From an uncultured Spirochaetia bacterium (lineage in GTDB: Bacteria > Oederibacteriota > PGYV01 > CAYTNY01), in NCBI GenBank assembly GCA_964439215.1, contig CAYTNY010000007.1, positions 1 through 24,163 of the forward strand: 24,163 nucleotides of DNA, in the 5' to 3' direction. Every line of letters begins with the position of its first letter. The stretch's first letter is position 1. Of this stretch, positions 9,462 through 21,036 are shown one piece after another. A program made the translations under genes and the position numbers. A model generated the notes under the pieces. The model was given only the letters and a program-made list of their open reading frames with translations. It had not been told where the DNA came from and searched no databases.

Positions 9462-11089
9462 ATGAAAAAAATAAAGACAGCAGAGAAGAAGTAAAAAGAC
9501 TGGAAACAGAAGTAAAAATATTAAAGCAGGTAACCGAGATTACGGGGGAAAAGATAGATATAAAAAGAATACTGGACCGGTTTCTTGCCGCGGTTATGGA
9601 TGAAACAGGATCGGAGGCGGGTTCTTTTCTTATGATTGACGAGGTTACGGATACTCTTTATTTTGCCGCGGCAAGAGGGGCTGCCGGGAAAAATGTCATG
9701 AAATTCAGGCTTGCCATGGGAGAGGGAATAGCGGGCTGGGTCGCACAGAACGGCGTACCCATAATAACACCTGATGCAGGCAAAGACAGGCGCCACAGCA
9801 GAAAAATAAGCAGGGCAACCGGATATGAAACAAGGAATATGCTGTGTGTCCCCGTGAAATATGAAAAAGAGATCCTGGGCGTGATACAGCTGCTTAATAA
9901 AAAGAAAAACGGGGTATTTACCCAGGAGGATGTTGATATTGTTCAGCCTTTCCTGGTCTATATAGCGGTTCTCATAAAAAACGCGGCTCTTGCGATTGAA
10001 AACAGAAAAAGGATACAGAGCCTTGAACATGTGATGGACCTTACAAAATATGTTAATTCAACCCTGGATCTGGATACACTTCTGGAAATCACGCTTGATA
10101 TATCCACTAAAATGCTCGGCGGCGAGGCGGGTTCCATTCTTTTTGTTGATAATGATTCTGATGAACTTGTATTTGCGGCCGCTACGGGGAAGAAAAAAGA
10201 AAAGCTGAAGAAAAGAAGAGTGCCTGCGGGCAGCGGCATTGCGGGATGGGTGGCGAGAGAGGATGTTTCTCTGGTGGTTCCGGATGTTAAAAATGATCCG
10301 CGTTTTTGTTCGAAAACAGATGAAGACACGAAGTTTAAGACAAGGTCTATTCTGGCGGTTCCTTTAAGGACAAAAGATAAACTTATAGGCGTGGTTGAGG
10401 TAATAAACAAAAAAGGCGGCTCCCGTTTTGATGAACAGGACAAAGCGCTGCTGGAGGCTCTCGCAAATCAGGCGGCAGTAGCCATTGAAAACGCAAGGCT
10501 CTATTCCGAGACAAAGGATATGTTCCTGAATACCGTCAAGTCGCTGGCAGCCGCGATAGATACAAAAGACGCATACACCCGGGGCCATTCGGAAGGGGTC
10601 ACGGAGCTGTCCGTTGTGATAGCAAAAGAGCTGGGTTTTTCAAACGCGGAGATTGAAGAATTAAGGATCGCGGCTCTTTTTCACGACATAGGAAAAATAG
10701 GGATTGAGGAAAATATTTTAAGAAAACCTTCAAAACTGACAAAGGCTGAATATGCGGAAATAAAAAAACATCCGGATTTTGCGGCAAACATACTCAGGTC
10801 AATACCGCAGCTTGAGAATATAATACCCATTATACGGCATCATCACGAAAGATATGACGGGAACGGTTATCCTGCGGGGCTTAAAGGCGATGAAATACCT
10901 TATTATTCCAGGATCATAGCTATTGCGGATACTGTTGACGCAATGACAACGGACAGGCCTTACAGAAAAGCGATGCCTTTTTCCGCAAGTATTAAAGAAA
11001 TAAAAAAATGTTCGGGGACTCAGTTTGATCCGGACTTAGCGGCAGCCGCTGCCGCTGCGCTGGAAAAATATGAAAAAAAAAAGAAATAA
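9458..11089 (+). CDS. Tandem GAF-domain HD-GYP phosphodiesterase (predicted c-di-GMP phosphodiesterase or sensor)
   Basis: There are two GAF cores (GIAGWVAQNGVPIITPD and GIAGWVAREDVSLVVPD). The HD-GYP domain carries TRGHSEGV, HDIGK, HHERYDGNGYP and DTVDAMTTDRPYR. An N-terminal coiled-coil-like segment is present. The start ATG overlaps the trpA stop (ATGA). Confidence 0.85.
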   Translation: MNEKNKDSREEVKRLETEVKILKQVTEITGEKIDIKRILDRFLAAVMDETGSEAGSFLMIDEVTDTLYFAAARGAAGKNVMKFRLAMGEGIAGWVAQNGVPIITPDAGKDRRHSRKISRATGYETRNMLCVPVKYEKEILGVIQLLNKKKNGVFTQEDVDIVQPFLVYIAVLIKNAALAIENRKRIQSLEHVMDLTKYVNSTLDLDTLLEITLDISTKMLGGEAGSILFVDNDSDELVFAAATGKKKEKLKKRRVPAGSGIAGWVAREDVSLVVPDVKNDPRFCSKTDEDTKFKTRSILAVPLRTKDKLIGVVEVINKKGGSRFDEQDKALLEALANQAAVAIENARLYSETKDMFLNTVKSLAAAIDTKDAYTRGHSEGVTELSVVIAKELGFSNAEIEELRIAALFHDIGKIGIEENILRKPSKLTKAEYAEIKKHPDFAANILRSIPQLENIIPIIRHHHERYDGNGYPAGLKGDEIPYYSRIIAIADTVDAMTTDRPYRKAMPFSASIKEIKKCSGTQFDPDLAAAAAAALEKYEKKKK

Positions 11090-11119
11090 GCAGAAAAACA
11101 GCTGATAAATAAAAACAAG

Positions 11120-11148
11120 TTGAAAATACGGTTTTTTTTTAGTATTAT
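11120..11148 (+). promoter_or_regulatory. Candidate sigma70-type promoter for accD
   Basis: A -35 TTGAAA (11120-11125), a 17-nt spacer and a -10 TATTAT (11143-11148) sit in the 122-nt gap after the HD-GYP gene. RBS AAGGAG at 11199-11204 precedes ATG 11212. Confidence 0.35.
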
Positions 11149-11211
11149 TGACCCTATGAAACAATAAAGAGGATCTCATTGTCCTAAAATATGATTTTAA
11201 GGAGAAGACAT

Positions 11212-12078
11212 ATGGCAGCATGGTTTCACAGGCCTAAATATACAATTATAAGAAAAGCGGAAAAAAAGGATACAAAAATACCGGAAGGTATGTGGATAAA
11301 GTGTGAGAAATGCGATTCCATACTCCTGAAAAAAGAACTGGAAGATAATTTAAGTGTATGCAGGAATTGCGGGGCTCATAAAAGAATAACGGCCCGGGCC
11401 AGGATTAAATTACTTGTTGATGAGGGTTCGTTTGAGGCGTTATTTGAAAACATAAAGCCGGTTGATTATCTTAAATTTCCGCAGTATTCGGAAAAGCTGG
11501 AAAAGGCCGCGAAAAAGACGGGCCTGAGCGAAGCGGTTGTTGCGGGAAAAGGAAAAATAAACAATATACCGGCGGCTGTTGCTGTTACGGATTTTTTCTT
11601 TATGGGCGGTTCTCTTGGATCGGTTATGGGGGAGAGGATCACTTCTCTTATTGAACTTGCAATAAAGGAAAAACTTCCCGTTGTTATTGTTTCCGCGTCA
11701 GGCGGAGGCGCAAGAATGCACGAGGGAATAATGTCGCTGATGCAGATGGCAAAGATATCCGCGGCCCTGGCAAGACTTTCAAAAGCAAACCTTCCTTTTA
11801 TTTCGGTTCTTACCGATCCTACCGGCGGGGGCGTTACCGCGTCTTTTGCGATGCTTGGCGATATAAATATCGCGGAACCGGATGCGCTTATTATGTTTGC
11901 CGGTCCGAGGGTTATAGAAGGCACCATAAAACAGAAACTTCCCAAAGGTTTTCAGCGTTCTGAATTTCTTCTTGAACACGGCATGATAGATATGATCGTG
12001 GAAAGAAAGGATGTGAAAAATAAAATAGCGGAAGTTATAAGTGTTATGCAGAATGAAAAGCGGTATATGAGCGCCTGA
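11212..12078 (+). CDS. accD: Acetyl-CoA carboxylase carboxyltransferase beta subunit
   Basis: The N-terminal C4 zinc ribbon (CEKCDS...CRNCGAHKR) and carboxyltransferase motifs (GGSLGSVMGE, SGGARMHEG) are present. The N-terminus aligns in length with E. coli AccD from ATG 11212. Confidence 0.9.
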   Translation: MAAWFHRPKYTIIRKAEKKDTKIPEGMWIKCEKCDSILLKKELEDNLSVCRNCGAHKRITARARIKLLVDEGSFEALFENIKPVDYLKFPQYSEKLEKAAKKTGLSEAVVAGKGKINNIPAAVAVTDFFFMGGSLGSVMGERITSLIELAIKEKLPVVIVSASGGGARMHEGIMSLMQMAKISAALARLSKANLPFISVLTDPTGGGVTASFAMLGDINIAEPDALIMFAGPRVIEGTIKQKLPKGFQRSEFLLEHGMIDMIVERKDVKNKIAEVISVMQNEKRYMSA

Positions 12079-12127
12079 AATATTGAAAAAAAAATCCGTG
12101 ACAGCAGGGAAAAAAAACAAGAATTTT

Positions 12128-13426
12128 ATGTATGCGGGCCGGGGAATAAAGGGAAAACGATCCGGGATATATGACTATATTGATTCTCTTAATGAATTTG
12201 TTTTTGATTTTTCACTTGAAAGAATAAAAAAAACCCTTGTTCTGGCGGGATCCCCCCAGAATTCTTTTGATGTAATTCATATTGCGGGAAGCAACGGGAA
12301 AGGTTCTGTTGCGGCTTTTCTGGCACAGGTGCTGTGTGAGTGCGGATATAAGACCGGGCTTTATACGTCTCCCCATATTAAAAACGTAAGAGAACGAATT
12401 GTTGTGAAAAAAGCAGGTGTGAAGAAAAATTTATGCCCGGAAGAACTCTTTGAACGCAATGCCCGTTTTCTTAAAAAACTGATTGAAAAAAATCAAATTA
12501 AACTGACCTATTTTGAGTTTCTTACGGTTTTGTCTTTTCTGGTATTCAGGGAGGCGGATGTCCGTATTGCTGTTGTTGAAACAGGGCTGGGCGGACGGCT
12601 TGACGCGACTAATGTGTCTTATGCCGGGAAGGTCTTAAGCATCATAACATCAATATCAAAAGAACATACCCGGATTTTAGGCAGTACACTGTTGAAAATA
12701 CTTAAAGAAAAAGAAAAAATAACGGAAAAAGGCGACTGGGTGGTAAATCTGAACCGTTCTTTTCTGAAAAAACACATGATAAAAAACGGCAGGCGCGTGG
12801 TTTTTGCGGATGAAAAATGGCAGTGCCGCAGAACCGCGGCGGCGGAAAGATTAAAGAGGGAATATATATTTTCGGGGGAGAATGATGAAATACGGCTGAA
12901 AACCCGAATGATAGAAAATGTGCAGGCGGAAAATCTCAAAACGGTTCTGGCTTCAATTGATGTGCTTCGGAAAAAAGGCTTTAAAATAGGAAATAAAGAG
13001 GCGGCGAAAGGAATAGAAAAAGCAGAAGCTGCGGGGCGGCTTTTTTATGACCCCGGAGGTTTTTTTCTGAGTGTGGCGCATAATCCCGCCGCAATTGAAA
13101 ATGTTTTTGATACACTGCGGGATATCTACGGAAAGAAAAAAATAGTATATGTTTTCTCCGGGCTTGCGGATAAGGATTTCGGAGAAATATTCAGGGTTGT
13201 TTCGCGGGCGGGGCGTGTTGTTGTTATTCTTACAAAAATAAATAATCCCAGAGCGGCGGAAATTGTGCATATGCAAAGATATGTTGAAAAATACGGTATT
13301 AAGTATTATATTGTGGAGGACAATACTGCTGCGCTTGAAAAAGCGGAGAAAATAAAGGGCACGGGGATTATAGCGGCCGGAGGTTCCTTTTATCTTGCCG
13401 GCGCTTATATGAGCCGCGGCATCTGA
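12128..13426 (+). CDS. folC: Folylpolyglutamate synthase / dihydrofolate synthase (Mur ligase family)
   Basis: The P-loop HIAGSNGKGS, the YTSPH motif and ETGLGGRLDATN are present. Start ATG 12128 gives an N-terminal length like E. coli FolC; the ORF-track TTG 12083 is an alternative. accD-folC adjacency matches E. coli. Confidence 0.8.
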   Translation: MYAGRGIKGKRSGIYDYIDSLNEFVFDFSLERIKKTLVLAGSPQNSFDVIHIAGSNGKGSVAAFLAQVLCECGYKTGLYTSPHIKNVRERIVVKKAGVKKNLCPEELFERNARFLKKLIEKNQIKLTYFEFLTVLSFLVFREADVRIAVVETGLGGRLDATNVSYAGKVLSIITSISKEHTRILGSTLLKILKEKEKITEKGDWVVNLNRSFLKKHMIKNGRRVVFADEKWQCRRTAAAERLKREYIFSGENDEIRLKTRMIENVQAENLKTVLASIDVLRKKGFKIGNKEAAKGIEKAEAAGRLFYDPGGFFLSVAHNPAAIENVFDTLRDIYGKKKIVYVFSGLADKDFGEIFRVVSRAGRVVVILTKINNPRAAEIVHMQRYVEKYGIKYYIVEDNTAALEKAEKIKGTGIIAAGGSFYLAGAYMSRGI

Positions 13427-13451
13427 AATTTAATAAAACCTGGAGGCTGTT

Positions 13452-16174
<2,723 letters not shown>

Positions 16175-16296
16175 ACCGGGCGTGATAAAGACAGAACCCG
16201 CAGGCATGCGGAGTATCAAAAGTGTGCGGCGTATTTTAATTTCTGGAGGAGAAAATGGCAAAAATCTATGACGCGAAAATAAAAGGAGGTTTTAAT

Positions 16297-17094
16297 ATGA
16301 AGGATATTATGAAAAGTCTGCCTGCTATTATTATAGCGGTGCTGGTTCTTGCGGCAATGTCGTCTATCGTTGTTGTTCAGCCGGGAGAACGAGGAGTTGT
16401 TGTTAATTTTGGAGCGGTTTCTGAAAAGATCCTTGATGAAGGAATACATTTCAGAGTGCCGGTTATAACCGTGATAAAAAAGCTTACTGTGAGAATTCAA
16501 AAGGATATACTTACGGCAAGAGCCGCAACAAAGGATCTTCAGTACATAGAATCAGGCGTTATTGTGAATTGGAGAATAGATCCCGAAAAAGTAAACAGAA
16601 TATTCCAGACTATCGGAGATGAAAGACAGATAAAGGACAGGGTTCTTCAGCCGGCGGTTGAAGAAGTTGTAAAAGCTTCCACTGCGTTAAGGAACGCGGA
16701 AATGATACTTGTTGAAAGAGCGGACCTTAAATCGGAAATAGAAAGAAATCTGGATGAAAGGCTCAGCAAGCACGGCATTGTTATGCTGGATGTTTCTCTT
16801 GTTAATTTTGAGTTTTCGGCGGAATTCAACAAAGCCATTGAAGAAAAGCAGATAGCGGAGCAGGAAGCGAAAAAAGCGCAGTTTGTCGCGGACAAGGCGG
16901 AAATGGAAGCCGAGGCCCAGGTGAATATCGCCAAAGGCGAATCAGAAGCCAAAAGGCTTATTAATAAAGAACTGACGCAGAATATTCTGGCGCTTGAATT
17001 TTATAAAAAATGGGACGGTAAACTTCCTGAAGTATATGTGATGGGCAAAGAAGACGGCACGAATCTGCTTCTTCCCATAGGCGGCAATAAGTAA
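16297..17094 (+). CDS. SPFH/band-7 (prohibitin/stomatin-like) membrane protein
   Basis: An N-terminal TM helix (LPAIIIAVLVLAAM) is followed by an SPFH core (VVVQPGERGVVVNFGAV) and a C-terminal coiled-coil. ATG 16297 has GGAGG 7 nt upstream. An in-frame ATG at 16255, also with GGAGGA upstream, is an alternative start. Confidence 0.8.
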   Translation: MKDIMKSLPAIIIAVLVLAAMSSIVVVQPGERGVVVNFGAVSEKILDEGIHFRVPVITVIKKLTVRIQKDILTARAATKDLQYIESGVIVNWRIDPEKVNRIFQTIGDERQIKDRVLQPAVEEVVKASTALRNAEMILVERADLKSEIERNLDERLSKHGIVMLDVSLVNFEFSAEFNKAIEEKQIAEQEAKKAQFVADKAEMEAEAQVNIAKGESEAKRLINKELTQNILALEFYKKWDGKLPEVYVMGKEDGTNLLLPIGGNK

Positions 17095-17121
17095 TTTCAG
17101 GCTGAATACAAAGATTTGAAA

Positions 17122-17163
17122 GGGCCGGGGCGCGGTGTTGAATGCTGTTTCCCGGCCTTTTTA
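17122..17163 (+). terminator. Rho-independent terminator after the SPFH gene
   Basis: The stem gggccggg / cccggcc with an internal loop is followed by tttttatttg. Confidence 0.6.
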
Positions 17164-17239
17164 TTTGGGGCAAATGCAGCGTGAAAATATAATATGAATT
17201 GCACTGCATAAAACGTTTATAAAATATATTACCTATCCC

Positions 17240-17460
17240 TTTGCGGGCTGTCTTTTGCCCTTGAATCCGAGGCAGGATGCGTTTTAATATAAGTTAATGC
17301 TTGAAACAAGAGATGCGGGCAGGGGACGGTTTGGAAAGGCGGTGTTCTGTTCTGTGGGAAACATCAATAACCAAGCGCCCTGACAGATGCGGTAAAAGGG
17401 TTTTGATTATGTTAAGGCGCGCAATAAAACCTGCGATCCGGAGCGGGCGGATAATATAAA
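17240..17460 (+). other. GC-rich noncoding island in the 430-nt gap upstream of the GH57 gene (candidate structured RNA or long 5' leader)
   Basis: The six-frame track reports no ORF of 60 aa or more in this region. Its composition is markedly GC- and G-rich relative to the flanking AT-rich intergenic DNA. Its only sizeable reading frame (48 codons, 17313-17459) is Arg-rich, unlike the Lys-rich proteome, and lacks an RBS. Confidence 0.2.
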
Positions 17461-17526
17461 AAAACCGTTTTTTTTCGTCTTATTTATGTTAATATATGCC
17501 TGTTGAAAAACAAAAATGAGGTGAAA

Positions 17527-19668
17527 ATGAGCGCTCCTTTGTATGTCACATTTTTGTGGCACATGCACCAGCCGTACTATAAGAATATAGAAACAAATAA
17601 ATTCATCCTTCCCTGGGTCAGAATGCACGGGGTAAAGGATTATTATGATATGGTTTCTATTCTTGATAAATATCCTTCTGTTAAACAGAATTTTAATCTT
17701 GTGCCTTCACTGCTTTTGCAGGTGGAGGAATATCTGGAAGGTGTTACCGATATATTTCAGGATATGACACTTAAACCCGCTTCTGAGCTGAATGAGGATG
17801 AACGTGTATTTGTTTTGTTCAATTTTTTTATGGCAAACTGGCAGACCATGGTTTTTCCTCATCCCAGATATGCTTATCTGCTGAAAAAAAGAGGAGAGAA
17901 TTCCCATCCCGATCATATTAAAAGTATTCATAAGTCGTTTTCGGAAGATGAAATAAGGGATCTGCAGGTATGGTTCAATCTTGCATGGATAGATCCTGAT
18001 TTTTTTGAAATGTTTCCGGACCTTAATGAATTAAGGTCAAAAGGCGAAGGTTTTACCGAAGAGGAAAAACAGCAGGTCATGAAAAGGCATATGGATATAC
18101 TCGCGCTGATAATACCCAAATATACAGAGGCGTGGAATTCCGGAAAGATAGAGCTCTCCACAACACCTTTTTACCACCCCATACTTCCTCTTGTATATGA
18201 CGTTAAAACAGCAGAACAGTGCATGCCGAAGATGCCGCGGCTTGATTTTGAGTTTTCGCACCCGGAGGACGCGGAGATTCAGATAAAAAAAGGGATAGAG
18301 TATTTTGAAAAAAAGATGGGCAAGAGGCCGGTGGGTATGTGGCCTTCGGAAGGCTCGGTAAGCCCGGAAGTTATGGAGCTTGTGGCTAAAAACGGAATAA
18401 AATGGGCGGCAACGGACCAGGAAATACTTTATAAATCAATGTGGATGTCAGGGAAAGAGCATAGGGACGGCGCAATATACAGTCCGCATACTTTTTCGGC
18501 GCCGTCAGGGGATGTTGATATGGTATTCAGAAATCTGCGTCTTTCGGATATGATTGGATTTAATTATCATAACTGGAACCCTCTTGAAGCCGCAAATCAT
18601 TTTATGAAGGAACTTAAAGAAGCGGGGCAGGCGGCCGGGAAAGGGAAGTATGCGGTAAATATAATTCTTGACGGAGAGAATGCCTGGGAGTTTTATCCGA
18701 ACGACGGAAAGGATTTCTTAAATGCTCTATATGCGGGGATCGCCGCGGATCCGGATCTTGAAACAACAACCATAGGCCGTATGCTTGAGTCGGATATAAA
18801 GAAAGAAAAAATATCAAAATTGTGGCCGGGCTCCTGGATAAACCATGATTTTTATATATGGATAGGGCACGAAGATGACAGAAAATCCTGGAAACTTTTA
18901 AAAAAAGCCAGAGAGGATCTGACGGCATGGGAAGCGGAAAACAAGGCGGAAAAGGAAAAACTCAAGAAAGCCTGGGAGTCGCTGTATATTGCCGAAGGAT
19001 CGGACTGGAACTGGTGGTATGGGGACGACCATTCCTCAAAAAATGATTCTGAGTTTGATAATCTTTACAGGATGCACCTGATGAATATTTATAAGGTCAT
19101 AGGCAGGGATATTCCCGGAGATTTTTTCATACCTATTACAAGAGGCGACAGAACATTTGAAACGATGCCTGAAAGATTTATATATCCGGTTATTGACGGG
19201 GAGGATACGGATTTCTATGAATGGAAAGGCGCCGGAATATTTGAACTCTCGGAAGGCGGCGCAATGCATAAAGGGGGGAAGTTTTTTCATCGGATGCATT
19301 ACGGCTTCAATATGGACAATTTCTGCCTGCGTATGGATTCGGAAGAGAGTCTTGCCGAAAAAAACGGGCTGCGGCTTGCCGTGAAATTTTATCACGGAGA
19401 GAAAAAGGCGGAATTTGATTTTGATTTTGATTCAAAAAAGATATCAGGCGGAGGGATTGATGCCGCAAGGATCGAGTTTGCCGTAAAAGATATTTTTGAA
19501 GTAAAGATACCTTTTGACTGCTTTAATGAGTTTCATGAAAGCGAGAATATAAGGTTTTCGGCGGAGTTGTTTGAAGGCGGAGAAGAACTGGAAAAAATAC
19601 CCGAGCAGGGAGAGGCTGTGATATCGGTCCCCGGCAAAGATTTTGTTTTATATAACTGGAAAGCCTGA
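17527..19668 (+). CDS. Glycoside hydrolase family 57 enzyme (alpha-amylase/4-alpha-glucanotransferase/branching-enzyme family)
   Basis: The N-terminal GH57 signature (LWHMHQPYY), the nucleophile region (WPSEGSVS) and the acid/base region (ILDGENAWE) are present. ATG 17527 has GAGGTGA upstream. About 200 aa of C-terminal extension has no function I can assign. Confidence 0.8.
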   Translation: MSAPLYVTFLWHMHQPYYKNIETNKFILPWVRMHGVKDYYDMVSILDKYPSVKQNFNLVPSLLLQVEEYLEGVTDIFQDMTLKPASELNEDERVFVLFNFFMANWQTMVFPHPRYAYLLKKRGENSHPDHIKSIHKSFSEDEIRDLQVWFNLAWIDPDFFEMFPDLNELRSKGEGFTEEEKQQVMKRHMDILALIIPKYTEAWNSGKIELSTTPFYHPILPLVYDVKTAEQCMPKMPRLDFEFSHPEDAEIQIKKGIEYFEKKMGKRPVGMWPSEGSVSPEVMELVAKNGIKWAATDQEILYKSMWMSGKEHRDGAIYSPHTFSAPSGDVDMVFRNLRLSDMIGFNYHNWNPLEAANHFMKELKEAGQAAGKGKYAVNIILDGENAWEFYPNDGKDFLNALYAGIAADPDLETTTIGRMLESDIKKEKISKLWPGSWINHDFYIWIGHEDDRKSWKLLKKAREDLTAWEAENKAEKEKLKKAWESLYIAEGSDWNWWYGDDHSSKNDSEFDNLYRMHLMNIYKVIGRDIPGDFFIPITRGDRTFETMPERFIYPVIDGEDTDFYEWKGAGIFELSEGGAMHKGGKFFHRMHYGFNMDNFCLRMDSEESLAEKNGLRLAVKFYHGEKKAEFDFDFDSKKISGGGIDAARIEFAVKDIFEVKIPFDCFNEFHESENIRFSAELFEGGEELEKIPEQGEAVISVPGKDFVLYNWKA

Positions 19669-19686
19669 AAAACAGGAGGTTTGTAT

Positions 19687-20961
19687 ATGAACGTACTGAT
19701 TGTTGGAAGCGGAGGAAGAGAGCATGCGTTGTGTTACGCTGTTTCGAAAAGCACACTGGCGGAGAAAATATACTGCGCGCCGGGAAACGCGGGGACCGCT
19801 GAAACTGCGGAAAACGTAAACATAAACGCGGATGACATTGACGCACTGGCGGAGTTTGCCGAAAAAAATAAAATAGGGCTCACTGTTGTAGGGCCGGAAG
19901 CGCCTTTGGTCGGCGGGATCGTGGATATTTTTGAATCAAAAGGGCTTAAAATATTCGGCCCAAATGCCGATGCGGCGCGGATGGAAGGGAGCAAAGCATT
20001 TACTAAAAATCTTTTTAAAAAGAATAATATTCCGACAGGTGATTTTGCGGAGTTTGATGATTCCGCGAAAGCCGCGGAATATATAGAAAAAGAGGGCAAG
20101 TATCCCATAGTGGTCAAGGCGGACGGCCTGGCAGCCGGGAAAGGTGTTATTATATGCGCAAATAAAGCGGAGGCGCTCGGCGCCGTAGATGAGATCATGG
20201 ATAAAAAGGCTTTTGGCGGGGCGGGCGACAGAATAGTGATTGAAGAGTTTCTGGAAGGCGAGGAAACAAGTATTCTTGCTTTTACGGACGGCGGCTCAAT
20301 TCTTGCGCTTCCCGCGTCGCAGGACCATAAAAGAATTTATGATAATGATGAAGGCCCGAATACAGGAGGGATGGGAGCGTACGCGCCGGCGCCGCTTGTT
20401 ACGCCTGAAATGATGGATGAAATAATGATGAATATTCTGGAGCCCACGCTGTCGGGGCTTAAAAGAGAAGGCATTGTTTACAGAGGCATACTTTATGCGG
20501 GCATAATTGTTACAAAAGACGGCCCCAAAGTTCTTGAGTATAATGTGCGGTTCGGAGATCCGGAGACTCAGGCAGTGCTTCCTCTTTTAAAAAGCGATAT
20601 AGTGGAGCTTTTTCTTGCCTGCGCAGACGGAACCCTGCATGATAAAAAAATAGAGGTCTGCGAAGGTGCGGCCATATGTGTTGTTCAGGCAGCACCCGGT
20701 TATCCCGGAGAGTATAAAAAAGGAGCGGAAATAACGGGGATTGACGCTTTTAACGGCAGGGATGACCTTTTGGTTTTTCAGGCCGGCACAAAAAAAGAAA
20801 ATGAGAAAACAGTAACTTCGGGCGGAAGAGTACTGGCCCTTACGGCTCTTGGCGGGGATATAGATTCCGCGGCCAAAAAAGTTTATGAGAATATTGATAA
20901 AGTAAATTTTGAAGGCGCGCATTACAGAAAAGATATAGGCGCAAGGGCTCTGAAAAAATAA
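19687..20961 (+). CDS. purD: Phosphoribosylamine--glycine ligase
   Basis: The N-terminus MNVLIVGSGGREHAL, an ATP-grasp core and C-terminal GGRVL are present. RBS AGGAGG lies 8 nt upstream of ATG 19687. Confidence 0.92.
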   Translation: MNVLIVGSGGREHALCYAVSKSTLAEKIYCAPGNAGTAETAENVNINADDIDALAEFAEKNKIGLTVVGPEAPLVGGIVDIFESKGLKIFGPNADAARMEGSKAFTKNLFKKNNIPTGDFAEFDDSAKAAEYIEKEGKYPIVVKADGLAAGKGVIICANKAEALGAVDEIMDKKAFGGAGDRIVIEEFLEGEETSILAFTDGGSILALPASQDHKRIYDNDEGPNTGGMGAYAPAPLVTPEMMDEIMMNILEPTLSGLKREGIVYRGILYAGIIVTKDGPKVLEYNVRFGDPETQAVLPLLKSDIVELFLACADGTLHDKKIEVCEGAAICVVQAAPGYPGEYKKGAEITGIDAFNGRDDLLVFQAGTKKENEKTVTSGGRVLALTALGGDIDSAAKKVYENIDKVNFEGAHYRKDIGARALKK

Positions 20962-20966
20962 GACGG

Positions 20967-20988
20967 CAGCATACAGGATGCTGTTTTA
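20967..20988 (+). terminator. Weak hairpin plus T-run between purD and purE
   Basis: The stem cagcat / atgctg (6 bp, loop acagg) is followed by ttttat. Confidence 0.3.
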
Positions 20989-21036
20989 TGATTTAGAACA
21001 TAAAAGTTTTTATATACATTACAGAGGAGGTTTGTT

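Noticed and set aside
16195-16215. Short hairpin ccgca-ggca-tgcgg after ligA as a possible terminator
   Set aside because: It has only a 5-bp stem and no following U-run. It is more likely incidental or a processing site, so I did not call it a terminator.
17310-17400. Motifs reminiscent of RNase P RNA (gggcagg, ggaaagg, gcggtaaaag)
   Set aside because: The motifs occur in the wrong order relative to bacterial RNase P RNA. The GC-rich stretch is only about 220 nt against 330-400 nt for RNase P RNA. The P4 pseudoknot partners are not identifiable. This is probably coincidental purine-rich similarity.
17313-17459. A 48-codon Arg-rich ORF inside the GC-rich intergenic island
   Set aside because: It has no Shine-Dalgarno sequence. 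Its amino-acid composition is opposite to the Lys-rich proteome. It is more parsimonious as a by-product of GC-rich structured RNA or leader sequence, and is kept only as part of the ncRNA-candidate finding.
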